Source: Lingula anatina (lineage: Eukaryota; Animalia; Brachiopoda). Taken from it: DNA of 64,000 nt. Below are positions 53,701 through 64,000 of this stretch, in pieces. The notes below the pieces were generated by a model. The model made no database searches. It saw only the letters and a list, made by a program, of their open reading frames with translations, and was not told the DNA's origin. The DNA is taken from the NCBI GenBank assembly GCA_051362555.1, contig CM120647.1, positions 10,888,651 to 10,952,650 of the forward strand. The letters are read 5' to 3'. Numbering within the stretch: position 1 is the stretch's first letter; every line of letters starts with the position of its first letter. A program made the position numbers and the translations under genes.

Positions 53701-56700
53701 TTTTAATTATAAAATTAAAAAAATGTACAGATTTTCTCTCCTTGATACAATTGCAGTAGTAACGCTCTGTTAAAATGTGTGCCCGTACTCCTTAGCCAGC
53801 GTCATTAGATGACTATAGATAATATGTTTGACAGCACTTTTTAAAAAGAAAATATTCTCGCTCTAATCAAAGTGTTTGTATCTTGTCACCAGGGTTCAGC
53901 GAAGTTAGAGAAAGCTGAAATTCTTCAGATGACGGTGGATCACTTAAAGGTGCTGCACCAGAAGGGTAAGTTGATATTTAGATGCATATCTGTCTTTGTT
54001 AAATGTGAAAATATTGTTTTTATTTTATTTAATGTCTTTTTTGTATTTTTAATTGCATTTCGGATGCAATCATCATTCCTCTTAAAGATAAGAAAAAAAA
54101 AAAAAAAAAAAACATAGTGTACAAGTAACAACTGTTTGTCATCTACATTTGTATCCAGTACTTATTACTGATTTATGGATTCTGTATTATACTAGAACTT
54201 AAACGTTACCTCTCTCTGTGAAGACTTCTACATCACACAAACCTTCTTACAAAAACGCTTTCATTATGCACCTGATCACACTATAAAGATATTTTCCCCT
54301 CATTTTATGAGAGATTTTGTAATGTCCATTATAAGTAAACGTTATGAAATTACCTAATAACAAGACGTGCCTTAGTTGTGGCCATTAATTCACCATCTAA
54401 TTGATATATGTGATGTGTAGTGTGCACATCGGTATATAAATATCCCCTTTCTGCTGGAAGATAATCTCGATCGATGAAGCGATAACATCTCGTGCTGGCT
54501 AATTGCTATTAGCATTAATGAGCGAGTAACCGATATGGATTTCTGCGGAAATATTTTCTTTCCTGGCGGCGACCCGGGGCACTTTAATTGTTGAAACAAT
54601 TCTGATCTGCAAACGTGTGAGAAAAGAGGTTTAAGTACAATACCCAGGTGTGTTATGTTTAGCTTGTTAAGACACCAAGCGCTGAAAATCCGAGCTTTAA
54701 CTGAAAAATCGCGTAACTAAGGTATTTTGATAAGTATAATTATAATCAAAATTGAAACAAATGGAGGGTCTTATTATTATCACCGTTTAACTGTTAGCAT
54801 ATTGTAGTCTGCCTCAAAGTTGTTGAGTTGTAATTAGACATCTCGTAACTCCCCTTTTCTGTTTTAGCAAGAAGCTAGACTATATTATGGTTATTCATTC
54901 TCGGTAGTACAATAAAGTGTTATGCGATAAAGAGAATCGTTAATGAGCGAGTAACCAAAGTGGTTTTCTGCGGAAGTATATTCTTTCTTCTTAAGCACAA
55001 TACCCAGGTGTGTTATGTTTAGCTTGTTAAGACACCACACATTAGGTATCTGTGCCAGAAAATCAGAACTTTTACCAAATAATCGCTTTGATTACCAAGG
55101 TATTTTGATAAATATAATTATGTCCAAATTGAAACAAGTTGAGGTTCTTGTTCTTTCACCGGTAGTAGTCTGTCTTAAAACTGTCGTGTGAAATTGAAAT
55201 AAGACAGCTTGTGAATTCTACTGTAATGGGCAGTAGCATTTCTGTATTATGGCAATTCATTCATGGTAGTATCAATAACGCGCCGTGCTATTCGATAAAA
55301 AATAAAGCGTTCTAATTAAAAAACACAATGATGCAAGAGCCTCGGCTGAGGGCAACGCCGTATAAACCAGTGAAATATAACTACTGGCACTCGGTTTATT
55401 TTGCGGGGGAGGCATGCTGGGAATTGCGGTGTTGTCACATTGTCGTCGTGTTAGTTCCGAGTACAGTTAAGGCGGTACACGTGGGTGAGGTCATGTCTCC
55501 GTGACCCGGTGTCAAAATGATCACCTTTTTTAAGAAGCACAACATGGTCCCATCGTGTGAAATTGAACGCCTTCGTCAATACTGTCAACCCCCATGTCGC
55601 GCGTTTATAGTGATTAACTTAATCGCCAGATTTTATTGAAATTACACGCGCTTGAAATCCAATTTGATCATAATGAATCCTGAGAGGACGACTTTCCCAT
55701 AGCTTTTACTACCACATGTCAAGTAGGCCTGTCGTACAATATCTCCGGTAATCTACCAGCACATTGTACGCCCAGCCTGACTTCTCGACGGTGACATTTT
55801 CCCACAGGCTCGTGTTGAATCATGGAGTAATTATTCGTGTGATCCGCATTCAATTATACGGCGAACAAAAGAAAACTACCAGGCTGGGAATGATTAGCCG
55901 CGACAGATGAAATAAAAAACCAGGTCGATTAAGAAGAAAGTCGTAAAAAGCGTGGGATATAGGGGCCGTAATGGGCAAGACAATGACGTGGGTCGCGTCA
56001 CAATGTTGACGCTTCGGCGCGTGTAGGTCAGTTGACATGCGGGGATTTTAATAAACAAATGGATTGAAAAAACTCAGTTGTCATTTAAATGATAATGATT
56101 CAATGAGCACGGACATGTTTTTACATTTAAAGGCTCTCTAACTAATATGTAAATATATATATATAGATATAGGATAACAATAATGATATGAAATAAATGA
56201 TAAAAATATAGCGTTATACAATATACATTATAAAGAGATACAAGTAAAATGGATAAAATCCCTTGTGTATTTAATACTAATTATATGCGTTTTATCATTA
56301 CCTTACATAAAATTTTTGCTACAGCAGTCTCACCTTGCGTAGATGTGGATTTAGGATTACGTAAAGCTGTCTGACTTTGTCTTTTAAGAACTATTTCTTA
56401 TCAAGACACTTTACTTAGATCATGAATGCACCCTGTCAATGTGAATACCTCTGTTGCGAACGGTCATTATTTTATAGATTAGAATAAATCGTCGCAATTG
56501 TTGAATATACCTTATTCTCACTTAGGATGAAAGGAACTAAATAAAACGGAGGAACTGTTTGAACTCGTCAATGCACGAGTGATTTTCAAAGAATAAAATA
56601 AAATGAGGATACTACAAAATAAACACGTATAGACAAATTATATTACCTTTTGAGAAATACTGCGTAAAGATTTTAAGCTACGCGAGAAAGATAAGAGACC

Positions 56701-57721
56701 GGAATGAAATAATTCGGTCTTCGGTGCAAATGAATTCTCTCAAATTAGTACTTCAAAAGCATAATATTGCACAAAAGAGTATATTTAAATGTACATTGTA
56801 CTTATTTTCTTCTTTGATTTTTTGTATTTCATGACTGCAGTGAATTCCCCCCCCCCCAAAAAAAAAAGAAAAAAAACATATTTCTCATGATAACAAAAAA
56901 ATTAATTATAATACTGCATCTTACACTGAAAGGAAATCACACCTAGAATTATTTTTTTCATTATCTTAGTATAATATAACTGAATAAATTAAAACTTTCA
57001 CTTGGGTATGTATTATGAACCCTATAGTTTAATTATAATTTGTATATTTGCAGGTCTGAACGGCTACAACTACCCGGACCCTCACGCCCTGGCCATGGAC
57101 TACAGGAGCCTTGGCTTCCGGGAGTGCGCAGCGGAAGTTGCGCGGTACCTGGTCACGGTGGAGGGGATGGACATCCAGGATCCGCTGCGCCTGCGCCTGA
57201 TGAGCCACCTGCAGTGTTTCAGCGCTCAAAGAGAGGCGGCGGCAAAGGCGAGCTATCAGAACTCGCAGTGGAACATGACGACCAGCCCTCATTTTAACAT
57301 GAATATAAACGTGAACAGTCAGTATTCAGGAAATCCCATGATTACGTCACAGCAGTCTACGGATCAACTTATGACGTCACATCACACTGCTTTGCCGACG
57401 TCATGCTCAGAGCCAAAATATAACCCCCACCAGGATGCAGTTAACTCCAACATAGGAAATCACCATTTACGTCTTCCAACAACGGCTAGTGCGGCGCCAC
57501 AGATGTCAAGCGTTGCCTCATCTTCGTCTTCCGGTCATGCGCAGATGCCTCAGCTCTCTAGTTCCTTGGTTCCTCCGTCTTTACAGCACTCGTCTCAGTT
57601 TTCGCTAGGTATGAACTCTCTTCCCATGCTTTCACCGACAGGTCCTCACAACTACAACCCGTCTTCCTCCTCACACGCCGTCAAACCTTACAGACCCTGG
57701 GGAAGCGAACTCGCTTACTGA
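47748..57721 (+). CDS. Hey: Hairy/enhancer-of-split related with YRPW motif (bHLH-Orange repressor), 5 exons, about 314 aa
   Basis: Exons 47748-47818 ([19 protein letters not shown]), 49135-49183 (RKKRRG), 52171-52254 ([28 protein letters not shown]), 53893-53965 ([19 protein letters not shown]) and 57054-57721 (Orange domain [18 protein letters not shown]; ends [12 protein letters not shown]). In phase, 945 nt. Confidence 0.97.
49811..49971. mobile_element. Older degenerate copy of the CAGGCCCGTAGCCAG MITE in Hey intron 2
   Basis: cagacccgtag...tcgaaagaa...gctgggaaagggtcc...aaaggtccactttt...ccccttttgaaattgctggct; right TIR truncated. Confidence 0.8.
54505..55300. repeat. Diverged tandem duplication (about 360-420 bp units) in Hey intron 4
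   Basis: ttaatgagcgagtaacc at about 54515 and 54940; acaatacccaggtgtgttatgtttagcttgttaagacacca at about 54637 and 54997; aaggtattttgataa also repeated. Confidence 0.8.
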
Positions 57722-59577
57722 CCTAAGACACTGGGTCGTCTGTTTAAAGTTGTGACGTCATAGATCTTGGATTCATGACGTCAATGATTTGCCAAATTAC
57801 CCACCGGCCAAAAAACTTATATCAGTGAATCTGAGGGATAAAAAAGCTGTTACTGCCACAGTGTTGAAGGAATGGAATGAAGATTCACTGTAACAGTATA
57901 ACAAAATCCGCAGTGCTATGGGGTTAAGAACAATGTGCAATATGCAATGATTTAATTATACACTTTAGATAGGAGCATCGTAAATATGATATATTTTTGT
58001 GGTCATAAGGTAGTCACTCGATTCCTGTTAAGATATGTCTGTCGGAAAATCTTAAGGCGACAAGACATGATTGAGAAATTAAATTTGCACCCATTTCAGA
58101 CTACAAGGAAAAGGGACCGGCAGATAAATGAATTATAAGTAACATTTGTACCGATGTTTCCATTTCAAATGCAATCAGTTCGAATAATTGAAATCAGCAC
58201 AGAGCAATTACACCGTACATCCCTCGCTTTAGATCAAACCACTCCGCGAGGTCGTGTTACCATGGTAACTCGACTACCACGGGTGCGCACGCTCCGCAGA
58301 GGAAACAGTAATTAAAAGTTGATTTAGCTGACCATAGGCCAGTCTTGTAAAGATAGCTTCTCCGCGTGGCACGTGCTTGCTTGACGTGTGCACATAGAGG
58401 TATCACTTCCACGTAGAAGGTGTCTGTGCCGTGTGCTTTTTAGTTCTGTAGTCAAAGACTACTTGTTTTCTCCTAGAGATGAGGATGTATGTCGAAAGAC
58501 ATTGGATGGTACGTAGGGGTCCTATAACAGTACATTGGGACAGAAAACGAAGCCGACTGCCAAAGGGCTGAATGCAATTTTTACATTTCATTTTTATTTT
58601 TATTTTATTTTTTATTTCATTTTAACTTTCTTAATGCACCTTTTGAACGACGGGCGCATCACGCCAATGCTTTTCACGTTTTAAAATGACCATTGCTTAG
58701 AAAGCGATTCATTTAAATGTATAGTGTTCACAAACAAATTATTATTAGCATTCTTGTCACCAAATCACTGTTATTTCAATCACGTGGACAATCTATGCGC
58801 TTCCTATGCTGTAACAGCAGCGCGTGTTTTACGTAAATACACGACTTTTGACGATCATGCACGAATTTTGTCAAAGATATTTAAGTGTGTGCAGTTGTAA
58901 AGTATAAATTATGTAGATTTGACGTCTTTTGATGTGTTTATTTTAGAGGAACCGATTTTAAAGAGTTCCTAATTTTCTATTGGGAGAGAAACGTATGACG
59001 TTTATTTATTATTTTTAAAGATTTATTTACAGATGATTATGATAATAATAAACAGTTACGGCAAAAGCTTTAATATAAAATTGACTTTGTTTTTCCTGGA
59101 CAGAAAGTTTGAACTTGTCCGTCTAGTAACATTCTAGTGAGTGATACAGCATAACAGTGCTCGTTTTGTCTTAACCTACCATCAAAGCATTCAAGACGAA
59201 TTTGTCCCATACCAAAAAAAGTTGATGAGATCTGGTTTTGACAAATTTGATCTTACATAAAGATGGGGATAATGAAACTAAATGAAAATTTTAATTAAAA
59301 AAAAAGCAGATATACTGCTCATTCATCAGGCACATTTAGCTTTTCCTTCTGATTTGAAAATGGTTGAAATCCTCCGAACTCGATTGATTTAAAAGCTCAG
59401 TTTGACAATATTTAAAAACATGCCAAGCATGCGCCTTAGAGTCGGAGCGAGAAATGTTTGGATTAAACTCAGTTGACTGGCTCCACCAAGTGACCATTAT
59501 GCTGTAGATTACATAACTATTGTGTAATAGGTTGTGTACAGTTAGTTACTCAAATGACAGAGTCGCGTTTATTAATG

Positions 59578-59621
<44 letters not shown>

Positions 59622-60754
59622 ACTAAAAACAAATTTGAAACTTTATTAGGATAACGTAACTCATGCAAGAACAACTAACAAACAGAAAAAACGGACTGAT
59701 AAACAAAATATTTCGTCAAAACGCAAAACAGAAAATAATAAATATTTGTTTAAACTTCAAAAAAGGATTCTAACTGATTTTTCATTATGATGTGACTTTT
59801 CCCCATGACATTAGCCCTGTAAACGCAATAAGTACATCCCTGATGGGACGTCCCCCTGTCACTATACACGTGGCTCATTAACGACCTCTAGCAGAATTAC
59901 AATTTAACTGCACACAGTCCAGTTTTGACTGAAGAATTAAGGCGTCCACAGTACACGCAAGACAAACAATGTTACATTCAACACAGGTTAGCTGAAAATA
60001 CATTGGGGAAGAAACAAAAAGTAGAAAGGTTTCAATAAGAAGACTCCCAGTGGCACGGGACACGCAGCACAATCTGGAGTGCTGCTGCTAGAACACGCCG
60101 GGGGTTCACGGATTGTGACAGTTGAGACTGAGAGGATTGTGCTCAATACACGACAGCACAACAGAGAAAACGTACAGAGGCATAGCGTCGCGTACGACGC
60201 CACACACAACGAAATAACAGGCGTGTCTTGACCAAGTCTCCAAACCACCAGGAATCTTCTAAAAACTGACGTTTTATATATAACTCTAATTACAAGGAGA
60301 CACCTAAAACATTACTCACACACTTAGCGTATGCACCTGTGTTTTCAATAAATAAATAAAAATACACGTACTTTAGAATAAGGTCTGATTATCACAAGCT
60401 CCAATTCTGTAAGTTATATGAGTTTGGAGATCTGACATATGTAGCATTTATGTATATCACACTTATGGACAATCGGAATCGATCATTGACAGGAATCAAG
60501 AAAGCGGAAAAAGCACATTCTCTTCGAGAATGCAGCAACGAATGACTATGTACAAGATAGAGGGACATTTAGAGATAACACAGTGGCAATCCTTGCAACG
60601 GAAATGTTTTTTTCTCACAATAGAACGTCAACAATTAATTAGACGAAAATGTCTTTGTCAAAAAAGTCAACAAATTAAAATGGAAAAGGAAAACAACAAT
60701 GTACCTAGTGTAACATCGTGGTCGTGTACACATGTGTATATATACATACTATAC

Positions 60755-60868
60755 ATATACAGTATTTATCAAGTGGAGTGAATGAGCTGTACAGACCGTT
60801 CCAGTTTGTATATACACAGTATTTGGTACATGGTGTGCATGAGTCGTACAGGCGGTTCCAGTTTGTAT
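60755..60868. repeat. Two-copy tandem duplication of about 57 bp
   Basis: acagtattt...tgag..gtacag.c.gttccagtttgtat occurs twice. Confidence 0.7.
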
Positions 60869-61308
60869 TCGCAGCTTTCAGAACTGTTCAGCTCTATACA
60901 GCAGAGTGGTAAGTTATATTGAGCGTTATTGTGGCTGAACATAATTATTGCCTAGTGCTGCTGGTTCCCATTGTTTTGTATAGCTTTGCATTTGATTGAT
61001 TCTCCCTGAATGATATATCAAACGTGCCTCTGCGAGACCAGATAACTTATCGCTGGATTATTACTTGAATACACCTGTTCTTATCTTAGGAAGAGAGTTC
61101 CACAGATAGACAAGGTAATTCCATTAGAAAGAAGGTGACCATAAGACTTCATACAGCTGAAAACAGTTGATTCCTTTGCGTTACTTCTTTTACGAAAATT
61201 GTCCTGTTTTCCAATGTTCTTGTATACTTTAAGGAACATTGTAACATATTTATCATTATTCGAACGTTGTGTATACGTGACGTCATATTTGACGTCATCT
61301 CATTGTGG

Positions 61309-63592
61309 TCACACTGGCGTTTCGTTAAACTTTTTAATACGGTCCAGAATATTTCCACCAGCTGGGCGTCCCGTAGGGGACGTAGGTGACGTTGGCGACG
61401 TTGTCCGCGTGGGGGAGCGAAAACGAGACACCGGCGTCGGCGTCTTCTTCTCTTCTTTATTGCCGCCGCCAAATAGAGACTGGAATTTGCGTTTCTTTTC
61501 TTCTACGGGACTCAAAGCCCGCTTCTCTCTTTCTAAAGATGATGGCGGAGTGTCTTTAGATGATGATGATTCTTTGCCTTTCAATCCTTCACTCGGAGGC
61601 GTGCTGCTATTAGCAGTGTCTTTTGAGCTATGGGGACCGGCTATATTCAACTTTAAAGGTTCCTTATGGTCTTTTTTAGAATGCTTTGCGTCTTGTTTTG
61701 TTTCTTTGTGATCAATTTTTTTACTTTTCTGTTTATCATCCGGCTTTACACTTTTTTCTTCCGATTTCATGGATTTGTCGTCAGGTTTTTTACTCTTTTC
61801 ATCAGATATTTTACTTTTCTGTTTTTCATCCGACTTGTGTCCTTTTGAGAGCAATTTGCCGGGCACAGCTTTGCCGCGGTGAGCCTCTTTCTCGTCCTTC
61901 GGAATCACGGGATGTTCTCCAGCACGGCGGAGTGACGGATGGGCGAGTCTTGATTTCGGGCGCCATCTCCTGGGCGGCCGTCTGCGTTTGGGGCACGGAG
62001 GCCGCGCAAACAATGGCGTCAGCGACGGTGGCCGACCAGATTCCGGCTGTAAGAGCACAGATAAACAGAATAATTAATAGATGTTAAAATAATTATTTTA
62101 TCGAATGAGAGAGCGGTATAATAGTTTAAAATGATACAAGTGTTGTTTTTAAGACAACTTTAAATGGAACGATGTCTTCTTGACTACATAACTACATACT
62201 ATTACGTATTTATGTCTGTGTGTTAATTGACATTCAGACACTGCGATAGCCAAACTAACCTGTTATATGCATCCCTGATGTGTAGCAAAAGAAACACATG
62301 CAGATATAATAAAAGCTTTGAATGAACATTAACAATACACTTATCCTGAAAAAAGTCATTTTATGGATTACAGACAATGTTTAAGAAACTTAAAATGTTG
62401 GACAGATTATTACTTTAACAAAATTTCCATTGCCTTTCAAAGAAGTAATTGGATTACGTCTTTGCTTACCAAGGATCCAAAAGTAGCTATACTGGCTCCA
62501 CTGGCGTATTGCGACAAATGGCTGTTCAGACTGTAGTCACTGTCGTGGCCTATGACGTCACTGCCATATGACGTCAGAGGTGCTAACCCTCCATTGGCTG
62601 CCACATTATCTGCAGAGTCAGCCGATGAACTTCGCTTTAGTTTTCGCTTCACTTTTTGAGAAAAACTGCTAATTTTTTTAGGATCGGTGTTGGAAGGGGC
62701 CGCTGGCGACGACACGTTTATGCCGATCTTTGCTAAAGTGTTTTTGACAGCGGATTCTAGACTACCCGCTCTCTTAAATAGACCACGTTTGTCTTTGCCG
62801 CTAAGAAATCGGAATGGCGAGTGGTGTTTTTTATGTGGAGCGCTCTCTGGCGTCTCCAGTGGGTCGGTACTGTATGTTGGAACTGCCGGAAGAGATTCCG
62901 TGGACCCGGACCTCGTCGTCGTTGGTTTGGTGGTCTTCGTTTGTGATTCAGTAACCGGAAAATCTGTCTCTAAAACGCTAGGCTTGCTAGCGCCTTTTTG
63001 TGCGTGTCGCCCTCTAGCGGGCAAGGACGAATAAATTGAAGAAGAAGAGTAAGTATCGAAGAAATGCTGCCTGGCAGACTTTGGAGACTGTTTATCGCCA
63101 CTGCTCCGAGTTGGCGACGTGCTCATTAACTGTTCTCGTGAGGGCGCTGCGAGTGGCACATATCCAGGAGAAGCCGTGAAGAGAACATCCTCGCCGGGAG
63201 TGTCTGCAGATAAACTCTTTTGTAATGGGGGTCTCTTTTTAGTAGGCGATGGCTGGAATTGAAATGGTCGTGTATCGGTGGGGGCAGTGGCCGGAGCAGG
63301 CGTCCGTTTGGACCGGCCATAGGGGGAGATCATGAACCCTGGCGTGGGCATCGGATAGTTGGTGAACTTCTTGAACCGCTGCAGACCCTGCCTCTCAGGG
63401 GTAGTGTCACGTGACGTGGATGCACTCATTGACCCTGAGTTGTAGGAAGGTTTGTGTGAGGGTGGGGGTAGTAGCACAGGACCCAGGGGAGCGGTGGCGC
63501 TACCCTCTGTGAATGACGCAGACATCAGCGGAGGAGCGGATATTCGCGCTGGCGCACTGGGAGTGACTTCTAGTTCAATGCTGGACAGAGAC
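61309..63592 (-). CDS. 3' part (last two exons) of a large Ser/Pro/Lys-rich low-complexity protein; 5' exons lie outside the window
   Basis: Exon 63592-62470 (acceptor tattgcag; SLSSIELEV...TFGSL; donor GTAAGC) splices in phase 0 to 62046-61309 (PESGRPPSLTPLFARPPCPKRRRPP...NILDRIKKFNETPV*). Long open frames; no recognisable folded domain. Confidence 0.85.
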
Positions 63593-64000
63593 CTGCAATA
63601 AAAATGTACGGTGTGTTAAAATCCGAATGATTGAACAGATTATATTCGTGTTTACGCTGTTCATTAGCAGTAAAGAAGGATAACTGTATAATTAATTGTG
63701 TATAATAGCTTGTTGATATGTAAAATAACTACTCGAAAGAATCACCGTTAACATTTGGCACTTTTTTCTTGGACGTGTTGCGTCTAAATGTATTTATTGT
63801 AGTCTTGTTACATAGCTTGAAACCACCATTTTAACTCAGAAACCGGTCCAATTGTTGGGCACACTCTTTCGCTCCCACTGCAAACGAGTGTAAATGAGAA
63901 TTAAGCGAGAGTTGAAAAGTCCCTGCGCATGGTCATCTGCGTCATAAGTGAGGTAATTTTAGTGATGTGCTTTAGAAAAGAAACCCTCCTAAATATTTGA

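Noticed and set aside
59060-59075. Brd-box (AGCTTTA) in the Hey 3' UTR
   Set aside because: Single 7-mer just downstream of the likely AATAAA (59047); consistent with chance.
61199-63320. Plus-strand and alternative-frame ORFs over the last gene (likewise over the chitinase, Hey, MRPS28 and the membrane-protein ORFs)
   Set aside because: Antisense or shadow frames of real coding exons.

Overview
AT-rich, intron-rich animal genomic DNA; a protostome, probably a mollusc or other lophotrochozoan, inferred from gene and repeat content. In order: tRNA-Glu(TTC); a 4-exon minus-strand gene for an N-myristoylated protein with a cystin-1-like C-terminal motif; a 10-exon secreted GH18 chitinase with a CBM14 domain and a GC-AG intron; two intronless paralogous single-pass membrane-protein ORFs of a family I cannot name; a head-to-head HDDC2/MRPS28 pair; a 5-exon Hey (bHLH-Orange-YRPW) gene amid many CSL and E-box sites; and the last two exons of a large low-complexity protein gene. 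Several MITE families with clear target-site duplications, a HINE/DINE-like element, minisatellites and microsatellites are interspersed. Best leads: the unnamed membrane-protein pair, the invertebrate cystin-like gene, the HDDC2-MRPS28-Hey block matching two separate human loci, repeats built from splice junctions in HDDC2/MRPS28, and TGACGTCA clusters at stop codons. Gene models were assembled by eye from splice signals and frame continuity; no database searches were run.
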